DNA of 64,000 nucleotides from an uncultured Porphyromonadaceae bacterium (GCA_900541835.1 UQLL01000001.1:43915-107914), one strand, 5' to 3'; positions 49,782 to 60,926 are shown, counted from the stretch's first letter. Notes: generated by a model from the sequence alone, not told the origin. Numbers and translations: made by a program.

Positions 49782-51437
49782 TCAAACATCGTGGTCGTGT
49801 TCGAGCAGAAGCGTCATCGACGGCCGGTCGCAAATCTCGCTGGGCCCGAAGTACTGGATGGGGCCGGGGTACTGGTACAGGGTGTTGAGGCCGAGTGTCT
49901 CGCGCATGGAGGCGTAGCGGAGGTAGGGGCGGCCGTTGAGGTTGACAAGAGCCTTCTTGATGACGGGTTTCATCTTGCCGTTGCGGCGCTCCATGTTCAT
50001 CATCATGGTGATGGGAATGCCTCCGGCGATCCATTCCTCGCTGGGGGCGGTGAGGTTGCGGACCGAGGACATGTAGCCGGTGAGTCCTGCGTTGATGAGC
50101 ATGGCGGCGTTGAAGCCGAGGGCATAGGTGTAGTCGGCGTCGAAGTTGGAGGGGTCGGCACATCGGCCCTCGTAACCGAAGAAGTGGTGCTGGGTGGCGA
50201 ACTTGCCGCTGTACAGGCCCTGTTCGGCCATCTCCTCGAGGCGCTTTGCCACCATCTCGGAAATGAGGCTCTCGGTCTCGATGAGGCTGACCTGGACGTT
50301 GCCGTGGCTGTCGCGGTCCAGACAGAGCTCCAGGGCAATATGCTTGGGCAGCGACTTGAAGAGCTCGGCGTTGGCCGGCGACAGGTAGGAGTGCACCTTC
50401 TGCAGCTTCTCGATCTCCTCGAACTGGGCGATTTCGTCGCCGTGCTCGGCAAGGATGTCGTTGAGTTCCTCGATGAGCTTCTTCATGGAGGGGATGAATT
50501 CGATGAGGCCCTCGGGGATAAGGACGGTGCCGAAGTTCCAGCCTATCTTGGCACGCTCGGCGATGAAGTAGGCGATCTGGCTGACGATGTTGTCGAGAGT
50601 CATGCGCTTGGCCTGCACCTCCTCGGAGATGATGCAGATGTTGGGCTGTGTCTGTAGGGCGCACTCCAGGGCGATGTGCGAGGCGCTGCGGCCCATCAGC
50701 TTGATGAAGTGGTAGTATTTCTTCGACGAGTTGCAGTCGCGCTGGATGTTGCCAATCATCTCGGAATAGACCTTGGTGGCGGTGTCGAAGCCGAAGGATG
50801 TCTCGATCCACTGGTTCTTGAGGTCTCCGTCGATGGTCTTGGGCACGCCGATTACCTGCACGTCGGCGCCTATCTCCTTATAGTACTCGGCCAGGACGGC
50901 GGCGTTGGTGTTTGAGTCGTCGCCGCCGATGATGACGAGGGCCTTGATGTTGAGTTCCCGGAGAATCTTGAGGCCCTGGTCGAACTGGTCGATGGTCTCG
51001 AGCTTTGTGCGGCCGGAGCCGATGATGTCGAAGCCGCCGGTGTTGCGGTACTGCTGTATGTAGTTGGCCGTCAGCTCCATGTACTGGTGGTTGATGAAAC
51101 CGGCCGGGCCCATGAGGAAACCGTAGAGGCGGCACTCGGGGTTGAGGCGCTTGATGCCGTCGAATATGCCGCTGACGACGTTGTGGCCGCCGGGTGCCTG
51201 GCCGCCGCTGAGGATGATGCCGACGTTGAAGGGCTCCTCTACGCGCTTAGGCTGCGTATCGCGCTCCATCTCCACCACGGGCAGGCCGTAGGTGTGTGGG
51301 AAGAGCCTGGAAATCTCCTCCTGGTCGCCACAGGACTGTGTCTTGTCGCCGTATTTAATCCGAACTGCTCCCTGCAGACTGCGCGGAAGCTTGGGCTGGT
51401 AGGACTCCCTGGCCCTCTGTAATGCGCTCTTTTTCAT
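49782..51437 (-). CDS. pfp: Diphosphate--fructose-6-phosphate 1-phosphotransferase (PPi-PFK, long form)
   Basis: 551 aa with GGDDS and PKTIDGD motifs and a long C-terminal domain. Confidence 0.9.
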   Translation of the reverse strand: MKKSALQRARESYQPKLPRSLQGAVRIKYGDKTQSCGDQEEISRLFPHTYGLPVVEMERDTQPKRVEEPFNVGIILSGGQAPGGHNVVSGIFDGIKRLNPECRLYGFLMGPAGFINHQYMELTANYIQQYRNTGGFDIIGSGRTKLETIDQFDQGLKILRELNIKALVIIGGDDSNTNAAVLAEYYKEIGADVQVIGVPKTIDGDLKNQWIETSFGFDTATKVYSEMIGNIQRDCNSSKKYYHFIKLMGRSASHIALECALQTQPNICIISEEVQAKRMTLDNIVSQIAYFIAERAKIGWNFGTVLIPEGLIEFIPSMKKLIEELNDILAEHGDEIAQFEEIEKLQKVHSYLSPANAELFKSLPKHIALELCLDRDSHGNVQVSLIETESLISEMVAKRLEEMAEQGLYSGKFATQHHFFGYEGRCADPSNFDADYTYALGFNAAMLINAGLTGYMSSVRNLTAPSEEWIAGGIPITMMMNMERRNGKMKPVIKKALVNLNGRPYLRYASMRETLGLNTLYQYPGPIQYFGPSEICDRPSMTLLLEHDHDV

Positions 51438-51492
51438 TTTCTTACCTGTATGTCGATTCCCTGTTTTGGGTGGGTTATTATGTTTTCCGGTG

Positions 51493-51500
51493 CAAAGTTA
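51493..51500 (-). promoter_or_regulatory. -7 box TAACTTTG for pfp (minus strand)
   Basis: TTATTAACTTTGCACC lies 57 nt upstream of the pfp ATG. Confidence 0.4.
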
Positions 51501-51650
51501 ATAAAAGTTTCCGACTTGCGGGCGTTTTCATTACCTAATTATATACACGCTGCGGAAACGTTTTGTTGAGAGTAGAGTTAAGAGTTTCGTCCACCCATGC
51601 AGGTATGCACTCTGTTGCGTACGAAAAACGTATCGGCGGTACCGAATGGC

Positions 51651-51675
51651 GGACGCACCCTGGTGCGGCCCTACA
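51651..51675. repeat. REP-like palindrome GGACGCACC-CTG-GTGCGGCCCTACA
   Basis: Family member in the pfp / EamA divergent region, just upstream of the EamA promoter. Confidence 0.75.
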
Positions 51676-51713
51676 GTTCGAGACGGCAACTCTACAGTTT
51701 CGAGTTTTTTTTG

Positions 51714-51721
51714 TAATTTTG
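51714..51721 (+). promoter_or_regulatory. -7 box TAATTTTG (TTTTTTTTGTAATTTTGCAGCC) for the EamA transporter gene
   Basis: The 22-mer is identical to the helicase promoter at 28508-28529. The ATG at 51787 is 66 nt downstream. Confidence 0.45.
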
Positions 51722-51786
51722 CAGCCGGAAGCCGGGAAGCCTCTCCGTATACCGATTTGCCGGCGGAACGTAATACTGTAAATGCC

Positions 51787-52731
51787 ATGAAAAAGTCATC
51801 AAGCGCCGTGCTGCTGATACACCTGGTGGCCGTCATCACCGTCATCTGCTGGGGATCGTCGTTTCTCAGCACCAAGATCCTGATGGTGGAGGGGGGCCTT
51901 AAGCCCGTGGAGATGTTCACCTACCGCTTCGCGGCGGCGTACCTGGTGCTGCTGGCCATCACCTTCCGCCACATCCTGAGCAACAACTGGCGCGACGAGC
52001 TTACGTTCGCACTGTGCGGCATATGCGCCGGGTCTCTCTACTTCATCACCGAGAACTACGCGCTGCAGAACACTTCGGCCGGCAACGTGTCGCTGCTGGC
52101 GTCGGTATCTCCGCTGTTCACCGCTTTCCTGCTGGCCGTCTTCTTCCACACACGCGTGAAAACGGGGGTCATCATCGGCTCGGTGGTGGCGCTGGTGGGC
52201 GTGGGCTTCATCATATGCAGCCACGGCGAGGGGTTCGTGCTCAAGCCCAAGGGTGACCTGCTGGCGCTGTGCGCGTCGCTGAGCTGGGCCGTCTACACGA
52301 TAGCCGTCAAGAGGCTGATACCGGTGTATTCGTCGATGTTCATCACACGCAAGCTATTCTTCTACGGGGTGTTGTCATCGCTCCCGCTGCTGTTCAGCGT
52401 GGTGCCGGTACACGCCATAGGCGCGGACATAGCGCTGCTGTTCGACTTCAGCCGCCCGCAGTTCTTCTCCAACTTCGCCTTCCTGGTGGTGATGTGCTCG
52501 GTGCTGGCCTACCTGCTGTGGAACGAGGTGATGAAGAAACTGGGGCCGGTGGCTGCCAACAACTACCTGTACGGTCAGCCGCTGGTGACTATGGTGGCGG
52601 GTGCTCTGTTGCTCAATGAGCCCATCACGCTGTTCGGCTACATAGGCTGCGCGCTGGTAATCGGCGGCCTCATCCTCAGCGACAAGCTGCGCCTGCCCAC
52701 CGACCGGCTCAAGATTTTTCGACGACGATAG
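51787..52731 (+). CDS. DMT-superfamily transporter (EamA domains)
   Basis: 10 predicted TM helices in two EamA halves. Start set at MKKSSSAVLL; the ORF-track upstream extension spans the REP/promoter region. Confidence 0.8.
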   Translation: MKKSSSAVLLIHLVAVITVICWGSSFLSTKILMVEGGLKPVEMFTYRFAAAYLVLLAITFRHILSNNWRDELTFALCGICAGSLYFITENYALQNTSAGNVSLLASVSPLFTAFLLAVFFHTRVKTGVIIGSVVALVGVGFIICSHGEGFVLKPKGDLLALCASLSWAVYTIAVKRLIPVYSSMFITRKLFFYGVLSSLPLLFSVVPVHAIGADIALLFDFSRPQFFSNFAFLVVMCSVLAYLLWNEVMKKLGPVAANNYLYGQPLVTMVAGALLLNEPITLFGYIGCALVIGGLILSDKLRLPTDRLKIFRRR

Positions 52732-52792
52732 AATGTCTCCGCATGATTCGGAGGCACCCTGGTGAGTCTGAAACACGCAGCTCTTGACCGTT

Positions 52793-53362
52793 TCAGAGTA
52801 TGGGTCTCTGGCGCAGATAGGCGCGAATCTTACGGTAGTCGGGGTAGAAGCGCTCGACGTGGAGCCAGAAAGCCGGCGAATGGTCGGGATGGGCCATATG
52901 GGCGAGTTCGTGGACAAGCACGTAGTGCGTGCACTCGTTGGGTAGCGATGCCAGCGCGGAGTTGATGGAGATGGTGCTGCGGGCTGGCGAACAGCTCCCC
53001 CACCGTGTGCGCATGTACCGCACGGTGTACGTGCGGGCGGCAAGCTGCATCTCTTTCTCCACCATGGGTATGAGCTGGCTCAGGAACCGGTGCCACTCGG
53101 TGTATGCCTCATGCGACGGGCGCTCCACGGCCTTGGCCTCGCGCATCTGCTGTCGGTCGGCCATACGGGCGAGCCGGGGTAGGATGTCGCGGATGACGTC
53201 CATCACCTGTTCGTCGGTCATGGTGTGGGGCACGGACATCTCCACGATGCCTTCAGCGCCCGGGGACATGCGGTAGCGGACGTGGCGCATTACCTTGAAT
53301 CTGACCATGAATGAATAGCCGCCATAGTCAATGTTGCGGAAGTCTACCAGTGGTGCTGCCAT
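52793..53362 (-). CDS. M48-family / DUF45 (YgjP-like) zinc metallopeptidase
   Basis: HELAH zinc-binding motif (LVHELAHMAH), 189 aa. Confidence 0.8.
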   Translation of the reverse strand: MAAPLVDFRNIDYGGYSFMVRFKVMRHVRYRMSPGAEGIVEMSVPHTMTDEQVMDVIRDILPRLARMADRQQMREAKAVERPSHEAYTEWHRFLSQLIPMVEKEMQLAARTYTVRYMRTRWGSCSPARSTISINSALASLPNECTHYVLVHELAHMAHPDHSPAFWLHVERFYPDYRKIRAYLRQRPIL

Positions 53363-53443
53363 TTGATTCCTTATATTTTACCGCCTGCGAAGTTAGTCAA
53401 AACTCCGCAGGCGGGCAAATTCTTGTCCGAGAGGTCGCCGGGG

Positions 53444-54339
53444 CTACTTGGCGCGGATGAATACGAGGATGTCGCGGGGGGAGAACTTGGTGCCGTTCAG
53501 CAGCATGGCGGAGGTGTAGACCTTACCGGCCACAGTCACGGCCAGCCAGGCGGTGGCGTACAAGATGGCCAGCGACAGCAGCACGCCCCACCAGCTAAGA
53601 GTGCCGGAGATGGCCGCCATGGCGCCCAGGCTCGGCGAGGTGAATGGAATGAAGGAGCACCACACGGCCAGGGAGGTGTCAGGATTGTCGATGGCGAAGC
53701 TGGCCAGGTATACGCAGGCCATGAGGATGAAGGTCATGATGGCGATGTAGCCCTGGTTCTCGTTCTCCTTGTCGGTCATGGCGCCCACCATGGCGTACAT
53801 GGAGCCGAAGAGCAGGTAGCCGCCGACGAAGAAGAAGACGGCGTAGAGGAGGCCGAGCCATATGCGGCCGTCTAACATGTAGGCCAGCAGGTCGGGCTGC
53901 CCGATGGCGGTCAGCAGCACCACCGCGCCCACTACTATCAACAGCATCCACACCAGCAGCTGTGTCAGCCCGGTGAGGGCCACGGCTATGATCTTGCCGA
54001 GCATCATGGTGCGGCCGGTTACGGTGGTGGCGATCATCTCCATGATGCGGTTGGTCTTCTCGGCCTTGACTTTGTTGAAGATCATGGCGCCGTAGACCAT
54101 GAGGAATATTGTCAGGAACATTGCGGCCATGAGGCCGAGAAGCTGGACGCCGTTGAGGTCCTTGGGGGTGTGCTGACCCATGGAGGCGACATCCTGCATG
54201 GTGTCGGACTGTGCGGATAGAAAGCCGACGCCGGCACCGAAGGCTATCATGAGGATGGGCAGTGCGAAGGTGCCGATCCAGAAAGAGCGCGACATCACAT
54301 CCTGCAGGTACTCGCGCTTTATTATCAGTTGAAGTGGAC

Positions 54340-54343
<4 letters not shown>
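53444..54343 (-). CDS. ABC-2 family transporter permease
   Basis: 6 TM helices with ABC-2 topology. ATGA overlap with the ATPase gene. Confidence 0.8.
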
Positions 54344-55389
<1,046 letters not shown>

Positions 55390-55419
55390 TTCCAGAGTAA
55401 ATACTTCGCCTGGCGCGGT

Positions 55420-57570
55420 TCAGCGGCTGGAGAGGATGCGCTCGCCGTTGAGGAAAGCGAGATGCTTGCGGAAGTCGAGCAGCTCGGCGAGCTGCTTCAT
55501 GGCCTCCAGCTTTTCGGCGTCGGAGGCGCAGGAGAGGATGCGGACCTTGACGTCGGCAATCTGCTGCTCGAGCACACCGGCACGGAGCTCGTTGATGGTG
55601 CGCGGCAGGATCTCGGGCAAGCGTTCGGCCTCGGTCTGCACGGTGCCTGTCTTCCGATGGTAGCGGCTTAGAGTATAGGGCTCCGCCACCATCTGGCAGA
55701 CGAGGGTACGGATGCCGTCGTCCTCGTGGCTGCTGAGCTGACGTCCCAGCCAGGTGGCGGAGAACTCGAAGAGGGCCTTGTCGAAGTCTGCCTGGATTGC
55801 CTCTGTCAGGCGCTGTTCGGCCTGCTCCAGCTCGGGGATGGAAGACTCCGTCTCCGAGAGCTTGGCGATTTCGGCGGATAGGCGTTCTTCGCCTGCTTTC
55901 TCCAGTTCCTCAATCTTAGACGCCTCGGCGGCGGCGTAAGTTTCGCGCAGGGCGAGAATTTCAGTCATGAGGGCCGAACAGAGAGGGTCGGTGAGGTGCA
56001 TGTGGTCGGCCTCCAGCTCGGAATTGACGTACTCGGCGAGGAATACGGGAGTAGGCTCGGGGTCGTCGTCGGTGGCGGCCGGGGAGAAATGGGTCATGCC
56101 GTATCGGACACAGAGTCGGAGCAGGCGGCGCTCCAGCTTCTGTAGTGGTGCGGGGCCGGAGTGTGCAGAGGATGAGAGGGGGGTGCCGGGAGCCGGAGAG
56201 GAGGGGGGCGTCCCGACAGGCGTGGCAGGTGAGGAGGCGGACGCACCAGGGTGCGTCCCTACATGGCGACGCTGCTCTATCAGCTTCTGCGCCACGATGT
56301 CGGCTTCGTAGCTGAGCACCTGTTCGTCGATGCCGAGCAGGCTGGAGCAGGTCTGGATGTAGACGTTGCGCTTGATCTTGTCTGGGATGGCGCCGAGGCT
56401 CTGGACGATGCTGCGTGCCGCCTCGGTGCGCCGTATGGGGTCGCGGGCGTCCTGGAGCAGCACCTGCGTCTTGAAAGTGATGAAGTCGGTGGAATGCCCG
56501 GCGAAATAGCAGCGCACCTCCTCGGGGGTATGCTTGCGGGCGAATGAGTCGGGGTCGTCGTTGTCGGGCAGCAGGAGCACCTTGATGTCCATGCCCTGTG
56601 CCAGGAGCATGTCGATGCCGCGCATGGAGGCCTTGATGCCGGCCGGGTCGCCGTCGTAGACCAGCGTTACGTTGCGGGTAAATCGGTGTATGAGGGCTAT
56701 CTGGGAGTCGGTAAGGGCGGTGCCGGAGCTGGCGATGGCGTTGCGCAGTCCGGCCTGCCACATGCCGATGACGTCCATGTAGCCCTCGACGAGGTAGCAG
56801 CAGTCCGCGCGGCCCATCTCTACGCGGGCCTGGTGGAGGCCGTAGAGTTCGTTGCTCTTGTGGTAGAGGGGGGTCTCGGGTGAGTTGATGTACTTGGCCT
56901 TGGAGCCCTTGAGGTCTCGTCCGCCAAAGGCCACCACCTTTCCGGCGGCGTTAAGCACGGGGTAGATGACGCGTCCGCGGAAGCGGTCGTAGAGTCCGTG
57001 GTCTCCCTTTATCAGCAATCCAAGCTCTACAAGCAGGTCAGTGTTAAAACCATCCTTGCGGGCGAGGGCTTCGAGGACTCTTCGTTCGGGAGCATAGCCG
57101 AGGCGGAAGTGGCGGATTGCCTCGTCGGTGATGCCGCGGCCGTAGAGGTAGCTGAGTCCGATGTTGCGGCCGTCGTCGGTGTCGGTGAGGAAGTGCTGGA
57201 ACTTCTGCATGGCCCACTCGTTGGCCACGAACATGGCCTCTCGCTTTGACTGGGACTCGCGTTCGGCGTCTGTGAGCTCCCGCTCCTCGATGGTGATGCC
57301 GTAGCGGCGGGCAAGCTGTCGCAGGGCGTCCTGGTAGCCGATGCCCTCCATCTCCATGATGAAGTTGACCGGGGAACCTCCCTTGTGGCAAGAGAAGCAG
57401 TAGCAGAAGTTGCGGGCCTTGTTGACCGAGAAGCTGGGAGTGCGCTCGTTGTGGAAGGGGCAGAGGCCCATGTAGTTGGCTCCGCGCCGGATCAGACGCA
57501 CATAATCGCCGACCACCTCTACGATGTCGGCGGCATCCTTGATGCGCTCCGCTGTGGCCTTGTCGATCAT
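55420..57570 (-). CDS. dnaG: DNA primase
   Basis: Zinc ribbon CPFHNERTPSFSV, TOPRIM (EGYMDV...DGDPAG) and a C-terminal helicase-interaction domain. 717 aa from MIDKATAERIK; the upstream Arg-rich extension is read-through. A REP element is in-frame at 56239-56263. Confidence 0.9.
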   Translation of the reverse strand: MIDKATAERIKDAADIVEVVGDYVRLIRRGANYMGLCPFHNERTPSFSVNKARNFCYCFSCHKGGSPVNFIMEMEGIGYQDALRQLARRYGITIEERELTDAERESQSKREAMFVANEWAMQKFQHFLTDTDDGRNIGLSYLYGRGITDEAIRHFRLGYAPERRVLEALARKDGFNTDLLVELGLLIKGDHGLYDRFRGRVIYPVLNAAGKVVAFGGRDLKGSKAKYINSPETPLYHKSNELYGLHQARVEMGRADCCYLVEGYMDVIGMWQAGLRNAIASSGTALTDSQIALIHRFTRNVTLVYDGDPAGIKASMRGIDMLLAQGMDIKVLLLPDNDDPDSFARKHTPEEVRCYFAGHSTDFITFKTQVLLQDARDPIRRTEAARSIVQSLGAIPDKIKRNVYIQTCSSLLGIDEQVLSYEADIVAQKLIEQRRHVGTHPGASASSPATPVGTPPSSPAPGTPLSSSAHSGPAPLQKLERRLLRLCVRYGMTHFSPAATDDDPEPTPVFLAEYVNSELEADHMHLTDPLCSALMTEILALRETYAAAEASKIEELEKAGEERLSAEIAKLSETESSIPELEQAEQRLTEAIQADFDKALFEFSATWLGRQLSSHEDDGIRTLVCQMVAEPYTLSRYHRKTGTVQTEAERLPEILPRTINELRAGVLEQQIADVKVRILSCASDAEKLEAMKQLAELLDFRKHLAFLNGERILSSR
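56239..56263. repeat. REP-like palindrome GGACGCACC-AGG-GTGCGTCCCTACA inside the dnaG coding sequence
   Basis: On the coding strand reads GTAGGGACGCACCCTGGTGCGTCC, encoding VGTHPGAS within the P/S/T-rich linker between the primase core and the C-terminal domain. Confidence 0.8.
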
Positions 57571-58694
57571 CGGTACAGACGTAGGGAGTATGTACGGCCC
57601 GACTCGCCCCGTAGCAGAGCTATGTAGAAGCCGGGGGGGAGGGCGGAGAGGTCTATCTGGGCCATGTCGGTGCCGTGGTAGCGACTCTCGGCCACCCGCA
57701 TCCCGGCCACGTTGTAGACGATGGCCTGCTCGACGCTCTCGGGCAGGTAGACGCTGAACTGGCCTGAACCCTGCCAGGTGACGACGGGTCCGGTGGGGGC
57801 GAGTATCTCGTCGATGGCGGCACGCCGACTCTCCTGCTCGCGGCCTGTCTCCTCGATGAAAGAGTCGTAGAAAGTGAATGGCAGCTCCTCGGTGGCAAGT
57901 TCCTCGGGAGCGCCTATGGGGTTGAAGATGACGGCCATCTCGCCCTGGCTGATGAGTTCGGTGGCGAAAAGGCGATACATGGCGTCGCCAGGCTGGTCGC
58001 TGAAGCGGAGGCGGAAGAAGTCGCCTCTCCTGCCGGTGGCCACTGCGGGCTCCAGCCCTCCCTGGGGGTTGACGATGGCCATGACTACGTTGCGGGCCGT
58101 GCGTAACTCGTCGCCCACCATGGCATCCCACTGCGCCGGAGTATAATAGGCCGACTGCAGGTCGCGCGCGTCGGCGCGGTCGTAGAGGCGGCCTACCTCG
58201 GCCGTGACCTCGTCCCAGGGCAGAAGCAGGTCGGTGACGTCGAGCTGCGGCTGAAGCAGCGAAGCGATATGGTGCTGAATGTCACCCCAGGCCTTGACGG
58301 CCTCCTCGGGTGCCTGCGAATCGTAGCGGATGAACTCGATATGGCGTCCGTACTGGTTAAGCAGAGCCTTCTGCCCGGCCGACAGGCGACCGGCCTCGAG
58401 CTTGCCCTTGAGCGAGTAGGCCAGGATGGGATATGCCTTGTTCTCGGCGCTGACGATGACGAAGCCGCCGGTGGGGTGGCTGAAGACGTAGAAGGGGATG
58501 AACAGGCCGTTGGTGGTGAAGTTGCGGCCAGAGAAAGTGTAGTTGGGCGGCGCCATGCGTATGCCGCGCGCGGCGTTGAAGAAGAGCTCTGCCACGCGCT
58601 GGGCGTCGCGCCGGCTCACCGTCTCCGCCTGCACAACAGGCGCCGTAAGCAGCACCGCCGCCAGTATGACGAGTATGCTTTTCAGCCTTTTCAT
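57567..58694 (-). CDS. Secreted Spi (streptopain-inhibitor/C10-propeptide-like) domain protein with a T9SS C-terminal sorting domain
   Basis: Signal peptide. N-terminal region ...GGFVIVSAENKAYPILAYSLKG typical of the Spi domain. C-terminal ...YNVAGMRVAESRYHGTDMAQIDLSALPPGFYIALLRGESGRTYSLRLYR CTD. ATGA overlap with the dnaG start. Confidence 0.7.
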   Translation of the reverse strand: MKRLKSILVILAAVLLTAPVVQAETVSRRDAQRVAELFFNAARGIRMAPPNYTFSGRNFTTNGLFIPFYVFSHPTGGFVIVSAENKAYPILAYSLKGKLEAGRLSAGQKALLNQYGRHIEFIRYDSQAPEEAVKAWGDIQHHIASLLQPQLDVTDLLLPWDEVTAEVGRLYDRADARDLQSAYYTPAQWDAMVGDELRTARNVVMAIVNPQGGLEPAVATGRRGDFFRLRFSDQPGDAMYRLFATELISQGEMAVIFNPIGAPEELATEELPFTFYDSFIEETGREQESRRAAIDEILAPTGPVVTWQGSGQFSVYLPESVEQAIVYNVAGMRVAESRYHGTDMAQIDLSALPPGFYIALLRGESGRTYSLRLYR

Positions 58695-58725
58695 TTCAAG
58701 TATAACGCTTGGAGCGCATATTTAT

Positions 58726-60204
58726 TTAAGCGGGAGCTGACTTTCTGCGATTGGGCAGGTTGAGGCCGAGGGTGTGTCGGCGGTTGAGGTGCATCAGGCG
58801 GAAAACCATCAACAGTGCGGCGACGTCGAACAGAGCGAAGAGGAGCATCGCCGGGCCATACTCCGTGGAGTCGCCCATCACCCATGCCACGCCCAGTGGA
58901 GTGAGGAAGAGTCCCCAGCCCTGGAGCCAGTAGAAGAGAGCGTAGGCGGAGCCGAGGGAGCGTTCTGGCGCCAGCCGCGGCAGCAACGGCCACAGCCCGG
59001 CTGACATCACCGCCGAGGCCACACCCAGCAGGAAGATGCCCACGTAGGCCACCCATAGATACGGGAGCGCAGGCAGCAGATAGGCGAACATGGCGTAGCA
59101 GGCAGCCATGCAGGCGCTTCCGAGGGCCATCAGCCAGAGCGCCTCACCCCTGAAATCGGGTATCATGCACACCGGCGGAGTGCACAGGGCGGCTACCAAC
59201 GGCAGCGACGCAAGCACTGTGGCAGCGGAGTCGGCCGACGTACCCAGGGCAGCCTGGAGCATCGCCACGGCATAGCGGTAGAAGGGTATCAGGGAAGCGT
59301 AGTAGCAGACGCAGATGGCCGCCAGCAGCCACAGCACACGGTTCTTCTCAGTGTTGCGGCAGAGGTCGAGGAGCGGAGAGCTGAAAGAATGGTGAGATCT
59401 GAGATCTGAGAGCTGAGAGTCTTTGCCGGAGGGTCGAGAGTTGCGGACGCAAGGCTGCAGGAACCCATATGCGATCCAGCAGATAAGGCCTATCAGCAGC
59501 ACCAGCACGCACCACCCGACAGGTCGCGCCACGCTGTATGCGCCCCAGTCGGCTATGCGGGGCGATGCCCATAGGGCCAGTGCCACCACCACGCGCGAAC
59601 CGGCCAACTGCACGCCCATGGCCACCGCCAGTTCCTTCCCCTTGAACCACAGAACCGTGGCGCGAGAGGCCGCGACCCCTGCCATCTCGATGCCGATGCC
59701 GAAGAGCATGAAACCGAAGGCCGATAGCTTTGCCGACGCGGGCATCCCGGCGCAAAAGGGGGTGATGTTCCACGCACGGTCGGGCAGGTTGAGCCACTCC
59801 CCTATCCAATGCGCAAAGCCTGAGACGGCAAATGCGTCGGTGAGGGCGTAGTAGTTTACGGCTCCTCCCGCTAACATCAGCATTCCGGAGAGGAGTCCGC
59901 AGCGGCGCACCCCGAGGCGGTCGATGAGCATGCCGGCGCACAGCAGCACGCAGCAGAAGACGTTCAGGAATGATTCGGCGCTGGAGTATCGGCTGTAGGC
60001 CATCAGCGACCACCCCTTGCTCTCAAGGGCAGTCTGGAGCGGCGACAAGGCGTATAGCAGCATATACCCGCCGGCGAGGGCGAGTATCAGCAGCGCCACC
60101 ACTCCCCAGCGCTTCCATGCCGACGTGTGCGGCGATGCCAATATCGGGCTTGTTTCCACGCTGCAAAGGTACACCCTTTCCGCCAAACGCGCAAACAGCG
60201 ACAA
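58726..60204 (-). CDS. MFS transporter
   Basis: 12 TM helices in a 6+6 arrangement. The central cytoplasmic loop contains a GAGAG-family repeat in-frame. Confidence 0.8.
   Translation of the reverse strand: MSLFARLAERVYLCSVETSPILASPHTSAWKRWGVVALLILALAGGYMLLYALSPLQTALESKGWSLMAYSRYSSAESFLNVFCCVLLCAGMLIDRLGVRRCGLLSGMLMLAGGAVNYYALTDAFAVSGFAHWIGEWLNLPDRAWNITPFCAGMPASAKLSAFGFMLFGIGIEMAGVAASRATVLWFKGKELAVAMGVQLAGSRVVVALALWASPRIADWGAYSVARPVGWCVLVLLIGLICWIAYGFLQPCVRNSRPSGKDSQLSDLRSHHSFSSPLLDLCRNTEKNRVLWLLAAICVCYYASLIPFYRYAVAMLQAALGTSADSAATVLASLPLVAALCTPPVCMIPDFRGEALWLMALGSACMAACYAMFAYLLPALPYLWVAYVGIFLLGVASAVMSAGLWPLLPRLAPERSLGSAYALFYWLQGWGLFLTPLGVAWVMGDSTEYGPAMLLFALFDVAALLMVFRLMHLNRRHTLGLNLPNRRKSAPA
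59377..59425. repeat. GAGAG-family repeat (GCTGAAAGAATGGTGAGATCTGAGATCTGAGAGCTGAGAGTC) inside the MFS coding sequence
   Basis: Encodes GKDSQLSDLRSHHSFSS in the TM6-TM7 loop on the minus strand. Confidence 0.55.
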
Positions 60205-60282
60205 AAGAATGGGTGCGGAGCCTCGGAAGAGTTCCTGCGGTCCCGCACCCTGGATTGGCCTTATGTCATGCGGCCATGTGTG

Positions 60283-60867
60283 TCACTGTTGTTCGTAGCG
60301 TTTCTCGATGACGGACCAGTCGAGGATATCCCATAGCCGGGATAAGTAGTCTGGACGGCGGTTCTGGTAGTCGAGGTAGTAGGCGTGCTCCCAGACGTCG
60401 AAAGTCAGCAGCGGGCGCAGGCCCTGTGTCATGGGGTTCCCGGCATTGCTGCCCTGTGTGATGAAGAGGTTGCCCTGAGCGTCGGCCGACAGCCACGCCC
60501 ATCCGGATCCGAACAGCGTCTTTGCGGCTTTCTCGAATTCGTCCTTGAACTGGTCGAGACCGCCGAACTGCTCCTCGATGCGAGTGCGTAGGGCGCCTAC
60601 CGGCTCGCGTCGCCCCGTGGGCGAGAACTGGAAGAAGTAAAAGATGTGGTTCCAGGCCTGCGAGGCGTTGTTGAAGAGCGGGCCATCGGCGTGGCGGATA
60701 ATCTCTTCTATGGGCATGTCCTCGTATTCGGTACCCTCGATGAGGGTGTTGAGGGTGTCGATGTATGCTTTCTCGTGCTTGCCCCAGTGGTACTCGATGG
60801 TGGTCTGGCTGATGACCGGCGACAGAGCGTCGGGCAGATACGGAAGCTTGGGCTGTACGTATTTCAT
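60283..60867 (-). CDS. sodB: Superoxide dismutase (Fe/Mn)
   Basis: 194 aa with motifs HHGKHH-like (YHWGKHEKAY) and DVWEHAYY. Confidence 0.95.
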   Translation of the reverse strand: MKYVQPKLPYLPDALSPVISQTTIEYHWGKHEKAYIDTLNTLIEGTEYEDMPIEEIIRHADGPLFNNASQAWNHIFYFFQFSPTGRREPVGALRTRIEEQFGGLDQFKDEFEKAAKTLFGSGWAWLSADAQGNLFITQGSNAGNPMTQGLRPLLTFDVWEHAYYLDYQNRRPDYLSRLWDILDWSVIEKRYEQQ

Positions 60868-60926
60868 AGTATTGGCATTTTATATATGTAAACGCACAGG
60901 CGGACATAAGAGTTCACCTCGACTTG

